Assembly: GCA_964016885.1 (NCBI GenBank)
Contig: OZ024743.1
Coordinates: 188,542,001-188,606,000, forward strand
Origin: Eledone cirrhosa
Lineage: Eukaryota
DNA: 64,000 nucleotides
Reading direction: 5' to 3'
Below, one piece after another: positions 26,927 through 40,737 of the stretch. Under the pieces are notes generated by a model. The model ran no database searches and was not told the origin of the DNA. It saw nothing but the letters and a program-made list of their open reading frames with translations. The position numbers were made by a program, and so were the translations under genes. Each line of letters starts with the position of its first letter. Positions within the stretch are counted from its first letter, which is position 1.

Positions 26927-26963
<37 letters not shown>

Positions 26964-29484
26964 CTAGACTACATTAAACAAATGCTACCTGCTTGATTGG
27001 CATAAATCTGCTTGCCAACAAAAACCAATCCCTGGCTCACAGGCAAGAAAGCTATCTTCTCACTCTGATGTTTCAATCAGTACTGCAGTAGCATCTTCTC
27101 TCTTGGCCTGGCAACTCACTTTTCTCTTCTTTGTTCATCACCCGCATTGTTTTCATGTACCTTTAACCATGATTCCAACCGTCCATGGAATTTGCTCTTA
27201 GTCCAGATTCACTGTGTGTATATCTAAAAGAAATATCAACCACTTTGATCTCATTAGTCTAATAAGGCCTGCAAATATGATTGGCAGAGTCCCTTTCTCC
27301 AGACCATTCCATTAAAAATATCCCAAAACATATATGCAGGACATCAATTTAAATCCTTTAATATATTGAACACACCCCACTGATCTAGTAATTTGATACT
27401 GATGAGGTTGAGGTTTGCTTATATTCAGTTTCATATTCCAATCTGCAATACAATTCTGCTTACTGCTGATAGTTCCACTAATTTCTGCATGAATCAAATA
27501 TCCTTGTACAATGTTGCTTTATCTTGAATTCTTTTGAAAGAAAATGCCATAATTTTTGTCAAGTTTCTACATTTACAAACTTTGTTTCAGATTTGATGAA
27601 TATAAGTATATGTTCTGTGATTTTCAGGAAGATTTCCAGGATTAGTGACCAAACATGGCAAGAGGTTAAAGTGTATCACACTGTTAGATATTTTGTACAT
27701 TATAAAATCTTGTCCACCCAAGTTGACATTAATTTACTTCCATTCAATAACACTACAGTTCTGTAGCATTTCCCTGCTTCAGAAAATTTACAGTTTGTTC
27801 CCAATCTTTCATCTAGCAATAACCTCTATAGGTGAAGTATTTCTGAAAATGCATTTATTATTTTATAGGTTCTGATCTGCATTTATTAATGGTTATTTGG
27901 TTCAGATGGTTGATACATCACTCTAACAATGTCTTCTTTATATGCAGGCAGAATACAAAACAAGTCAACTGCAATCACGTGAATAGCAAAGAATGATTTG
28001 AGTAGAATGCAGTGTACATATTTTATGAATTACAGAAAGAGAAAAACAATGTTCAAATACAGAATGTACAGAAATAAAACTAAACATTACAAGACGTTTA
28101 CTCAGCACTTTAGATATTGTCAGTCCCCTATGATAGATAATTCTAATAATAAATTGATGGGTTAGTCAAAAGTACAAATACATAAAAAATGAACACAAAA
28201 TGAAGAAAAAGAAAAACATAGCCAATATTAATTTGTCATATTTTTAAAATCTTGGCATGTTGTTATGTTACAAGTTGAGGTGGGAGATTGGCAGAATCAT
28301 TACAGTGCTGGAAAACTGCTTTGCAGTATTTGTTCTGCTCTTTGTGTTCTATGTTCAAATCATGCCAAGTTCAAATTTGCCTTCATCAATCTGGGGTTGA
28401 TAAAATAAAATACAAGTTTAATACTGGGATTAATGTAATCAACTTTGTCAAATTCTCAATTTTTTGGCCTCATGCCTGAGTTAGAAATCTTTATGTGTCA
28501 CAAGTTTACTCTCTTGGTAATGTTAATTTTTAATCTGAGCAAATCTAAATTCTAAGAATTTCTCTTATAACCATGCTGTCGTTCATACATAGAAACATAG
28601 TACAGCCATCAAAGCATGCCTGCTTCATTCATTTCCCTCCAAGCTTTTCATATATATACACACACACACACATATATATATAAATATATATATATATATA
28701 GAAGGTATATGTTCTTACATGTAATTAATACACATAGGGACATAAGTATAGTCCGACCGTATGTTAATGTGGTGAAACCCCGGTAAGGCCACGTATAGTA
28801 AGTACAGTGAATTTTTTGGAATATATATTATTTAGGATATTTTCTGTGTTTACACTCCCTGATTTTATATATATATGATGGCTGCCCCCTCGTCATCGAG
28901 TATGGCCATTGCATGATATACCATTATTAACAATTATTTGAATTGGCAGTATCGGTAGATATCTTGCTTTGACGCATAGAGTTACGGCCCTTGCCATTCT
29001 GAGTTCAAATCCTGCCGAGGTTAACTTTGGCCTTCATCCTTACGGGGTCGATAAAATAAAGTACCAGTAATGTACTGGGTATTTGCTGGCCTTGTGCCAA
29101 TAGTAGAAACAATTAATTAATTCTATCGTGCAATGCCTGCGTATGAAGATATTTTTTAAAGCGAGGAAAGACTGTGCAATGAACCAATCCCACGCTCTGA
29201 GCGACAGTAACTATAACCCAAAAAGAAGAAAAGATCAACATCATCGGTAACTACTGAGCCACAGGTTCTATATCGGAGTTACCCCAGTTTCCTGAGATAC
29301 CTTCCCCTAGAAGAATGCCCTGACAAAGGCCAGGGGACCTTCACTCCCAGTGGTTTAACATATACATACATATATATGGTTTAACATATACATACATGCA
29401 TATACATATATATATATACATACATATATAACATATATATATATATACAAACATACATATATATACAAACATACATATATATAC

Positions 29485-29526
<42 letters not shown>

Positions 29527-29528
<2 letters not shown>

Positions 29529-29683
29529 CGTTTCTGAATTTGTTTAGCAAGATTCTTTATCTGAAATCGTGTGTTGAAACCGATATTGTTATACTTTGGG
29601 AGGGTCATGTTGCCAATAAGAAACACACGCACCATCTGGTGCATGTGTTTCTTATTGGCAACATGACCCTCCCAAAGTATAAC
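29527..29683. repeat. Short fold-back of a PLE terminus between (TA)n tracts (stem about 29588-29683, 2-nt loop)
   Basis: GTTATACTTTGGGAGGGTCATGTTGCCAATAAGAAACACACGCACCA-TC-TGGTGCATGTGTTTCTTATTGGCAACATGACCCTCCCAAAGTATAAC. Confidence 0.85.
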
Positions 29684-30391
<708 letters not shown>

Positions 30392-31297
30392 TATTTATAT
30401 ATATATAAATATATATATGTATATACTAGCAGAGGTACCCGGCGTTGCTCAGGTATTAAATAGCAGTTATGTATACCATTTATGTCAATACTTCTGTGCT
30501 GCTTCGAAAACTATACTTTTACAAAATCATCGGCTTCTTCCAAAAGGGGGTTCCTGCCCCCAGGGGTCCCCTACTCAATATGTGCCAATTCACATTCATC
30601 TGTAGAACAAACGTAGCCCATGTGTCAAGTCTTGTGAAAATCGGTTGCGAACTCCAGAAGTTATGACGTTTTGTTGCATTGCACTGCAGTGCTTTCGTCG
30701 ACTCCAAGGAAGCGGTTGAAGGGGGTTATCTGCCGGGAGGCCCTAGAATCAATATCTGGAAAAATGAAAGTGATATGACCATCCGGAGTACATAAGTAAC
30801 CTATGTCTTAAGTTTGGTGAAAATACTGTAGAAATGCTTAAGGCTTACACACACACGCACGGACGTTCGTGCGTGCGTGCGTGTGTGTGTTTGCGTGCGT
30901 GTGTATGTACTTGTGTGTGCGTATGTATATGTATGTGTATGTCCGTCGGCGCATACGTATGTACTGGCCTAAATCTTCACTATTTACTTTTACTATTTTA
31001 ATAACCTCTGTCATTTTCGTTTTCAATTTTATTTACATCATTCTTAACCTCCGAGGCTGGAAATCATTCGGTTATTTTAAATAGAATATTAGTCTAACGA
31101 CTCCATTTATACCATAAAGTTGGTCTTGTCTTTGCATGAAATTGTTCTTCTCAGACTACATAACGACGTATTATCCTCGCTTTTTTCCCGTTTATTGCCA
31201 GGGAACGCCTTCACGGACCAAAATATCGTCTTCCTGTTTTCCTTCGGTTGCAACGTTTCACGAAATATTTACTTCTGCGTTCACAGATTAAATTTTT

Positions 31298-31348
31298 AGT
31301 TTCAGAAGATCCCGTTAATGTTGAAAGCAGCGATTCTTTGCTTAAACT
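31298..31348 (+). ncRNA. Hammerhead-like motif, CAGAAGA family, stem II decayed
   Basis: AGTTT-CAGAAGA-tcccgttaatgtt-GAAA-GCAgcgattcttTGC-TT-AAACT, homologous to 11434-11484. Confidence 0.5.
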
Positions 31349-31627
31349 TTAATATGTTCTTATAACATATATATATATATATACGATACATTTACGGAGC
31401 CATAGACTCTCGCCGTTCCCTGTAAATAATGTGCTCAAAGTAGAGGAAATCCTGATCTCTTTAAAATACAATATGTTGAAAAGGTAACACACTAGAGAGA
31501 GATACAGTGCGCTAAAACAGGGAAAAACCACCAGTGTATGGAATCTATAACCTATGAAAGGAAGAGTATAGACACGATAATTAAAAATATAAATTAAAGC
31601 GTAAATAAATACCTCTATAACTATATA

Positions 31628-31702
31628 ACACACGTACAAATCCAAAGTGATCTGTTTCGCCAGTAAGTTGTTGACAGAAATGAAATAACCCAGGTTCTTC
31701 AG
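31628..31702 (-). ncRNA. Type I hammerhead (left copy; 5' strand of stem I deleted)
   Basis: CTGAAGA-acctgggtt...aacttactggc-GAAA-CAGATCactttgGATTTG-TA-CGTGTGT. Confidence 0.7.
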
Positions 31703-32183
31703 CATTTCAGACAACACTAAAAGAATTTTTAAAGCGACACGTGGGAGAGAGAAGTCCCAGCGTGTTTAAGGGCAGTGAACCAGTGGCCTCTGAGGTACGA
31801 GCTGCTAGAAAGGGCAGCTCGAAACCATTCAGAGAAGTGTGCTCAACCAAACAGGGAAAGAGGAAAGACTGTTACCTTTTCAACATATGGTATTTTAAAG
31901 AGCTCAGGATTTCCTCTCCTTTGAGCACATTATTTACAGGGAACGGCGAGAGTCTATGGCTCCGTTAATGTATCGTGATATTTCGCTCCTTATAACAGTC
32001 TTTCCTCTCTCTGTGTTTGGTTGAGCACACTTTTCTGAGTGGTTCGGGCTGCCCTTTCTAGCAGCTCGTCCCTCAGAGGCCACTGGTTCACTGCCCTTAA
32101 ACACACTGTGACTTCTCTCTCCCACGTGTAGATGGACGGTCGCTTTAAAAATTCTCTTAGTGTTGTCTGAAATGTATAGCCTT

Positions 32184-32265
32184 ACACACGCTGATGAACC
32201 TGGGTTATTTCATTTCTGTCAACAACTTACTGGCGAAACAGATCACTTTGGATTTGTAAGTGTGT
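32184..32265 (+). ncRNA. Complete type I hammerhead ribozyme
   Basis: ACACACG-CTGATGA-aCCTGGGTT...AACTTActGGc-GAAA-CAGATC actttg GATTTG-TA-aGTGTGT; 6-bp stem III, GUA cleavage triplet. Confidence 0.85.
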
Positions 32266-33314
32266 TATATAGTTATTTATTTACGCTTTAATTTATATTT
32301 TTAATTATCGTGTCTATACCTGCCTTTCATAGGTTATAGATTCCATACACTGGTGGTTTTTCCCTGTTTTATTGATAGCGCAGTGTATATCTCTCTAGTG
32401 TGTTACCTTTTCCACATATTGTATATATACATATATATAGGGAGAGGGAGATGCTTTGTACGGCTTTTGGAGGAAGAAGTGACCAGCAGTACGTTGTTCG
32501 GTATTATTACGAAAAGGTGTAGCAGAGATTCCCGCGTGAACTAACAGCTCGGGAGGAAACTGCTTATCTCGAATATTCATTCGCCATCGTTCTTGTCAAC
32601 GCTGCGTTTTTTGGTATTTGTTGGTCTACAGTTAGATAAATGGCCCGCAAAGGGTTAATGTTTATTGGCAAGAAGTTTTTTTAATAATAAAAGACGGGTT
32701 GAAGCAACCTACAATGTATCTGTATATATATATATACACATATATATATATGTGTGTGTGTGTGTGTATGTATGTATATATATATGTGAATGTATATATA
32801 TATATATAAATATATGTTTGTGTGTGTGTTTATATACGTATATTTTTTATGTGTATATTTATATAAGTGTATATGTGTATATCTATATATGTATTTCTAT
32901 ATGTATATATATGTATATGTGTATATATGTGTGTGTATATGTATATATGTGTACATATATATATGTATATATAAGTATATATGTATATATATATGTGCGT
33001 GGGCATGCGCGTGTATGTGTGTGAATGTAGCGAAGATAATACGTCAGCAATGGCGTTATGAAGACAGCCAGGCATACGGACAGATATTATAATGGCGCGA
33101 CGGAGATGGATAACTGGCGCCTAAGACACTTTAACAACAGAAAATTGAAAAAAAGAAAAAGTGGCAGTTAATATCTTGAGACCGCAAGGAAAATATAAAT
33201 GCAAGTTTGAAATCAATCGGAGTAGAAATTTGAATTTGTATAGACTTTGCAAAAATGAGGACACACAGACAACATCAGTTTTATATATATAGATACATAC
33301 ATACATATATATAT

Positions 33315-33930
33315 GGTGGTGGCTGCCAACTCATTTTCGAGTACGGCCACTACTTTATATCCATGTAGGAGAACCCCTATCGATGCGCTGAACGAGTGTG
33401 ACTTTTTAGTCCAGCCAGCGACTTGAAAACTCTGGTACAAACACTACACTTGTGACAATTATTGACACATAGTGCTGGGCCCATGGTGCCATGTGACGAC
33501 AAGTGCAGAGAGGTCTCCAGATATGAAGCAATGCCTGTGCCATGAAGCTTTTATAGTGAGCAAAGGCACTGCACAAAGCCAGTCCCACTCTCTTAACCAA
33601 GATGATATTTACCAAAAAGAAGAACAAGTCAACATCATTGGATACCATCAGAGTTGCAGGTGTTATATCAGAGTTTTCCTTCTCATAGAATTCTGCCTTG
33701 ACAAAGGCTAAGGGGTCATCTCTCCCGGTGATTTTGGATGGCCATTGAATCTTAAGAGCTCCTTTGCCTTTTGACAGGTTTTGTTTTTAGTCCTGCAGGA
33801 TGTCCAAAGTCACCCTCCTCACCAAGAAACCTTGGTGGGGTTGCCAGTTTAGTCGCCAGCAACCCGGCCATGAGACAGGTTGTACTGGGATACATGTTAC
33901 CAGTAGCACCAACTGGTGACCTGACATAAC
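33315..33930 (-). mobile_element. About 615-bp non-autonomous retroposon family, likely RTE-derived (copies 42137-42613, 42851-43165; relatives 21750-21950, 28877-28920, 29270-29345)
   Basis: Highly similar non-coding copies, TA-flanked; GGCGACTAAACTGGCAACCCCACCAAGG resembles RTE 5' UTRs; orientation inferred. Confidence 0.6.
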
Positions 33931-33990
33931 ATATATATATATACATACATACACACACATATACATATATATATATACATATATATATAT

Positions 33991-35345
33991 ATCATCATCG
34001 TTTAACGTCGATCTTCCACGCTAGCATGGGTCGGGACGGGAATTGTCACACTTGAGGCAAGATTGGTTGTCTTGCTCAGGACTGTCTGGCGGGTTTTCTA
34101 CGGCTGAAGGACCTTCCTAACACAAACCACGTTTACAGTGTGGACTGGGAGATTTTTATCGTGTTACATACACGGCCACATTACAGCGTGGACAGTGTGT
34201 TTTTTTGTCGTGACATCTACACGACCTCATTTATTTAGTACTGGATGTGTGGTACCAACATAACTTTACATCGAAAGCGGTAGTGTAGATGGCGGTGGGG
34301 GTAGAGTTAGTGGGACGGGGTGGTGTATTTTGGTTAAGAGGTGCCTGACTGTAGGTTTCGCTTTATACTTAGGCAAAGCGGGTCTTCTGTATTACTACGT
34401 AGCGGCAAAGATCTCGGTCCAGTGACATTGTATTGGAGAGGTGTAAGTGTGTAAGGTCGGATTTTATCAAGACGTCCCAGGTTTTTCTGGGTCTGCCTAC
34501 TCCGTAGCTACCGTCTATTTTGATGATATATACATACATACATATATACATACTTTTTTTATAGAGCTGTCATCTTTCATACGCATCACGTGATCATACC
34601 AACGTAGTCTTCTCTCGGGTAAATAGCATCTGATCCCTCTTATTCCTAATTTCTCACTTAGTTCATTTATGCTTTGCCGTTCGCGTATATTACTATTACA
34701 CATCCAACGGAGGATGCAAGCTTCGTTCCTCTCCAGTCTGCATAGATCCTCTGCACACAATGCCCATGTCTCACTGCCATGTAACATCGCTGTTCGTATG
34801 CAGGCATCATACAGCCTGCCTTTTATTTTTAGAGAGAAACATTTAGCGGCCAATAGTGGTATAAGCTCTCTGAACTTTTCCCATCCCGTTCGGTCTCTAG
34901 CTACAGTACTTTCGGAGCACCCTCCACCACTGCTGATCTTATCACCCAGGTAACGGAAGGTGTCCACTATTTCTATAGAACCATCTGTGCAATGGAATGA
35001 GCTAGTATTTTGTGGGCACTTGCTGCTACTTATTGAACCAGAGCACCGGCCACATATAAAATCTATATTCTTAGTTAGCTTACCTGTGATCCCACTACAT
35101 CTTTTATGCACCCATACTTTGCATTTGGGACATAAAATGGAGTTTCTGCCTATTCGTTTCCTACACCCTGAGCATGGCCATTTTCCAGATGGGACCAGTG
35201 CTCTATTCTCCTTCCTACATATTAGGACTTTAGTCTTAGACAAGTTATTTTACGGCCTTTTGATTCTAGTCCATGCTTCCATGTTTGGAATTTCTTCTCT
35301 AGTTCAGCCATTGATTCGGCTATGAGCGTTAGATCATCTGCGTAT
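33991..35345 (-). mobile_element. 5'-truncated RTE subfamily A interrupted by a short TA/CATA tract at about 34525-34553
   Basis: ORF 34515-35243 closely matches the PHD and C-terminal part of 17069-20314; begins at YADDL; 3' UTR and ATG tail present. Confidence 0.92.
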
Positions 35346-35389
35346 ACATATATATAGACACATATAGATACATACATATACATATATAC

Positions 35390-35428
<39 letters not shown>

Positions 35429-35526
35429 CATACATACATATACATACATACATACATACATATACATACATACATACATACATACATACATACATACATA
35501 CATACATACATACATACATACACATA

Positions 35527-35949
35527 TGTAGTAAGACGCCTGACGCCTCCCTGCGGATAATAGCCCAAGCTAGTTGTCTCCCCCTGGTTGAGAACACCAG
35601 ACTAAACACAGACAGCCACAGAAAAGCAGACGGTATACACGCCACAGAAAACTGCCTCTGTACCACGAAACGATAAACAGCCAAGGGAACAGCAAACAGC
35701 AAACCCCACAATACCTTTGTAATTGTAAAACGCCCCCATCACAACAACTGACCACGTCAATATTTGGTATGTTCCATTTGTAATATAAAAACACATATAA
35801 ACAAAATAAACATCACCATTATTTACAATTGTTGAATATAACTCTCGTTGTGGTTATTGTCTTGTTTACGCACACACCCATAGACGAGGGACCTTCCCTC
35901 ACGTCTATGTCGATAAACAATCCAACTAGGATACTTCATTTTTACCACA
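35527..35949 (+). repeat. 5' LTR
   Basis: TGTAGTAAGACGCC...TTTTACCACA (TG..CA, imperfect terminal inverted repeat); lacks about 38 bp present in the 3' LTR. Confidence 0.93.
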
Positions 35950-35950
35950 C

Positions 35951-35963
35951 TGGTGACCGACGT
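35951..35963 (+). promoter_or_regulatory. Primer binding site, tRNA-Trp-like
   Basis: TGGTGACCGACGT versus the tRNA-Trp complement TGGTGACCCCGACGT (two C missing). Confidence 0.75.
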
Positions 35964-36577
35964 AAGAATTTTACGCAGCCTTTTTATTCAGTTGAACTTC
36001 ACTGTTATTACCACGTTGCCAACCTTTTCGCAACTTACGAAAATACAAAAAAAAAAAGAGCAATAATAAAGTGTTTATACCGTATTGACAAGGTATACAA
36101 ACCAGCCAAAAAATGTTTCAAAGATGGCGTTGCTTTCCTTCCCCGTTTTGTAATTTTCCGCCAGGACAGGGACATTTTCAATTGCGTGTGTGTTCCATAT
36201 TTGATCAAGGGAAAATACTTTTTTGTGAACATTACTGTCTCGCAGGGGATATACATGCCTTACTTTTTTTCTAAGGGGTTTTTAGCCACAGGCTACCTAT
36301 TGTTGATATCCAACGTGGATATATTCTAAGACAAACATTTTTTTCCCCTTTTTCACGGGTTATTTGATTTGGCTGGCATGTTGAAGGAACATTTTTTTTT
36401 TTTAAATATATATATGTATTTTATGTATTTTTCCTATCTCCTATTGTTTTGAATGTCTGTTTATTTTTGACCTTTCATTTTTTTTCGAGTTTGGGTGTTT
36501 GCTTTTCCCTGTGCGAGGGTACATTAATTGCTGTTTATATATATATATATATATATTTAAATTTTAAACGTTTTACC

Positions 36578-37359
36578 ATGAATGCGCCACATTTGCCCGC
36601 CTTTACCGGAAACCCTAAGCTGTGGGTGGCCCAGCTACAGGCGTATTTTACGGTCTGTAAGACCGAGTCTGACCAGCGCCTCGCTGTCTTGATTAGCGGA
36701 CTTCCCCCTAATCTAGCAGATTCGGTCCAAGACCTAATTACAGACCCCCCTCCCCCTCTGACTTAACGTATGAGTCTTTAAAAGGCGAGATCTTGAGAAG
36801 GAACTGTAAGTCGGTAGAGAGTCGTTTTCGGTCATTGATCGAGGACGAACGATTAGGTGACAGGACCCCTACCGCTTTTCTGCGGCATTTGCGGGAATTG
36901 AGCGATTCCCAAGATCAGGATAGCCCTTTCCTGAAGCAATTGTTCTTCTATCGCCTACCTCAAGAGGTACAGGCGATCCTAGCCCATATGCTAGAGGTAA
37001 ATACCCTCGACCACATTGCTGTCTCTGCTGACAAAATTGTAGAAGTGACGAAGAGAGACACTTCGAAGCCAAAGTACGTTGCTTCCTCTTCTCTTCCTCA
37101 ATCACGCTCATCAGCGAGTGATGAGAAATTAGTCACCACAATGGAAGCCATGACTCGTCAAATGGCGGAGTTGTGCCAGGAATGCGGGTCTTTTGGACGG
37201 CAGAGGAGCCGCTCAGGATGTTATTCAACTCCTCGCCACCGTAGCCCTTCCAAAACACCAAAACCACCATATTGTTATTACCATGACAAATATGGTGACA
37301 AATCCGCCCGTTGTAGGCCGCCTTGTGCTTACATGAGAAACGACGACCAGAGTCACTAA
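36578..37359 (+). pseudogene. gag: Gag, frameshifted near 36750-36790
   Basis: LPAFTGNPKLWVAQLQAYF; LGDRTPTAFLRHLRE; LFFYRLPQEVQAIL; CYYHDKYGDKSARCRPPC (Cx2Hx9Cx3C). Confidence 0.9.
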
Positions 37360-40300
37360 CGGCGGATAGTGCGCTCTGCGAAACATCATCCAACCGCCAC
37401 TTTTTCATTGAGGACCTGCTATCAGGTAGAGCCTTTCTGGTGGACACAGGTGCAGTTTGTTCAGTATGGCCTGTGTGTTGTATGAAGGAGACTCCCCCTG
37501 AGACACCTATTGAGTTGCAGGCAGTAAATTGTTCGCCGATTCGAACCTTCGGACAAATCTCGCTACCTTAGCAGTTCCGTAATCTGCGGCGCGAGTTTAA
37601 ATGGATATTTACTGTCGCTGCCTTGCCGTATCCGATACTAGGCGCGGATTTTCTCCACCATTGTTCATTGACAGTGGACCTCCGTCGTAAACGCCCAATT
37701 GATGGCATCACTGGTTTAACTGTTGTTGGCAAGGCAGCAGGAGTTCCAACGGTTAGCCCGAACTTTTTTCTTGCTAACACCGGTGATACTTACCATGCGT
37801 TGGTGAACTCGTTCCCGCAACTAACTGAAGGAAATTTTCGAGTTGATGAGCCAACTCATACCACGGAGCACTTCATATCTACAACTGGTGCTCCCGTTTT
37901 TTCTCGTCCTCGCCGCTTGCCCCCTGACAAACTCAAAGCAGCACGATCAGAGTTTGATCATATACTGTAGTTGGGGATTATTCGTCCGTCCATGAGCCCG
38001 TGGGCGTCCCCATTACACATGGTACCGAAAGCGACTGGCGATTGGAGACCTACTGGAGATTATCGACGCTTAAATTCGATAACGGAACCGGACCGTTATC
38101 CTATCCCTCGTCTGCAAGACTTTGCGTCTTCGTTGCAGGGATGCAAGATATTCTCCAAACTGGATTTAATTCGTGCGTACCATCAAATTCCTGTCCATAA
38201 AAATGACATTCCAAAAACGGCTATAGTTACGCCATTTGGGTCATTTGAGTTTTTGACCATGCCGTTCGGATTAAGGAATGCCGCTAGTACGTTTCAGCGG
38301 TTTATGGATGAGGTTACTCGTGGCCTCGATTTCGTCTATACCTATATTGACGACCTGCTCATTGCTAGTTCTTCTCAAGAGCAACATACGCACCATATGA
38401 ATCTTCTTTTCCGCCGATTGAAGGCGTATAACGTGCAAATTAATGCACCCAAATGTGTTTTTGGTGCTGAGTCACTGATTTTCTTGGGTCACGTCATCGA
38501 TGCTGACGGTATTTGTCCCCGGCCTGAGCGAGTTAAGGCCATAGAGGATTTGCCACCACCGACCTCACTACGCCAGTTACGCCAGTTCTTAGGCCTGATT
38601 AACTTTTATAGGCGTTTCGTGCCAAATTGTGCAAGATTGCTTTTCTCCCTGACGGAGATTTAAAAAAATTGTCGGAAGAAGAACAAAGAAATTTCTTTGA
38701 CAGACACTCAACTTGCTGATTTTCAGCACGCCAAAACTGCTTTGGCTAATGCTTCGTTATTGGTTCACCCGGTACCCGGTGCAAAGCTAACACTTTGTGT
38801 TGATGCATCGGATATCGCTGTGGGCGCAGTGCTACAGCAAAACACCAATGGTTACCAGCAACCGCTGGAGTTCTTTTCCAGAAAGATGAAACCTGCTGAG
38901 ACACGCTACAGCACCTTTGGAAGGGAGCTTTTGGCCATCTATTTGGCCGTGAAACATTTTTCACATATGCTAGAGGGTAGACTATTTACTATCCTCACAG
39001 ACCATAAACCATTGACTTTTGCGTTGAGAGCGAAGGCTGATAAATACTCGCCCAGAGAGACGAGACACCTTGATTTCATCTCGCAATATACGAATGATAT
39101 CCAACACATTCCGGGTTCACTAAATACAGCGGCCGATGCTTTGTCCCGCTTACCCGTGACAGCGATCTTGTCACCCCCTGACATAGATCTGACTCGTTTG
39201 GCTGCGGATCAGCCTCCCCCTGAGTCATTGGATGTTACATCGCCCGAGTTTGCGAATTGCGAGATGAAATTCTTGCCTCTGTCGACTGCAGTTGGCCAAA
39301 TTCTCTGCAGCGTCTCTTTGGACGTGCCTAGGCCCTTCGTTCCAGAGAATCATCGTCGGACCGTGTTTCTAGCATTACATGGTTTCTCGTATCCAGGATC
39401 TTCTGCCACAGCAAAGCTCATATCAGCTAGATTTTTCTGGCCAAATATGAGGCGTGAAATTGCTGCTTGGTGCCGTTCCTGCGTCGCTTGCCAGAAACCA
39501 AAGGTCCATCGACACGTCAAGGCTCCCCTGGGTACCTTTACTAACCCAGATACGCGTTTTTCGCACATTCATATTGATATAGTGGGACCTTGGCCTGTCA
39601 GCGATGGGTATTCTTATCTGCTGACCATAACTGACCGTTTTTCGAGATGGCCTGAAGCTATCCCCTTGAAAAACATCACCACTGAGATAACAGCGCGTGC
39701 TCTTGTGTCTGGATGGATCTCTCGTTATGGAGTTCCATCCACAGTAACTACCGACCGTGGACGACAGTTCGAGTCGAGCCTTTTCCTCGAACTGTCAAAA
39801 TTAATTGGTGCTAAACGCATCAGAACTATGGCGTTCCATCCCGCTTCGAATGGTATGGTGGAGCGTTTTCACCGACAACTGAAGGCCTCCTTAATGGCCT
39901 CAATGGACTCGGCGCATTGGAGCGAGTACCTCCCTATTGTGCTACTAGGGATTCGCTCAACGGTGAAGGTCGACTTTGGATTTTCACCGGCCGAAGTACT
40001 GTACGGTGCCCCTCTGACGTTTCCCGGGCAAATGCTTGCCCCTATCGATCTTGATGCCCAAGATCACGCTTCCTACGTGTCCCGTTTTCGCTTCTATTTC
40101 CAGGATTTGCCGCCAATGGACACAAGGAAACAAACTGTCAAGACTGCTGTCCCGAGGGATGTTGCCTCGTGGACGCATGTCTTTGTAAGGAAAGATTCTG
40201 TGAAGCCCCCGCTCACACAGCCTTATACTGGACCTTACCGTGTCTTAGCGCGCTCGGCTAAGCATTTCACTTTAGGTATTAAAGGATCCAGGGAGACAGT

Positions 40301-40517
40301 TACAATAGACAGGCTTAAGCAGGCACACCTTGACACGGACGCTGTGGTTCCTCATCCACGAACCCCTTTGTATTTGTCTGTTGAGCGAACGCCTGTTCCT
40401 GAACCACCATCATCGCCTGTCCCTACACCACCACCATCGCCACGTTACAAGACCACGACCCGTTCAGGTCGTAGGGTCCACTGGCCCCAAAAGTTTTGCA
40501 GCACCGTCTATATTTAG
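37323..40517 (+). pseudogene. pol: Pol (protease, RT, RNase H, integrase) with in-frame TAG stops at 37569 and 37968 and a frameshift near 38660
   Basis: FLVDTGA; SPWASPL; DYRRLN; MPFGLRNA; YIDDLL; VDASD; RELLAI; TDHKPL; CRSCVAC; HIDIVGP; TTDRGRQF; NGMVERFH; YTGPYRV. Confidence 0.93.
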
Positions 40518-40737
40518 ACTGTGTCAGCTGCACTTTTTTTTTGCCTCTGTGTTTCTGCTATTTCTTTGCCTTGTTTTTCATGCATGTTGTTTTTTTTTTA
40601 ACATTTTTCAAATCCTTATTTTGGATTTAATGATTGGTAGAGCGAATAGCTCCCCCTTGTTGCATTGTTCGCTATCTTACTCCACGTGTGAGTAATAACA
40701 TCGATTTTCGATGATTTGAAAATCTGGCAGGGGATAC

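Larger units (their letters stand above)
31383..32424. mobile_element. Retrozyme-like non-coding element: two differently permuted, inverted copies of a 531-nt monomer
   Basis: Plus copy 31871-32424 starts and ends with GTTACCTTTT(C/T)..CATAT.GTAT (period 531 nt); minus copy 31875-31383 reads through that junction; each has an HHR; TA-rich flanks. Confidence 0.8.
30426..33293 (-). mobile_element. Probable non-autonomous Helitron termini enclosing nested insertions (the two ends may belong to different copies)
   Basis: Minus strand starts A|TCTATATATATAAAACTGATG at 33293 and ends with an imperfect GC hairpin (plus strand CCCGGCGTTGCTCAGG) then CTAG|T at 30426; internal AAGTTTG..AAATCGG-like repeats. 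Confidence 0.5.

Noticed and set aside
27170-27880. Protein-like minus-strand segment (also about 3290-3710)
   Set aside because: Multiple stops in every frame examined and no recognisable motif; may be an ancient pseudogene or TE but is unsupported.
32640-32658. piggyBac-like end (GGCCCGCAAAGGG-TTAA)
   Set aside because: No matching opposite terminus or transposase was found in the window.
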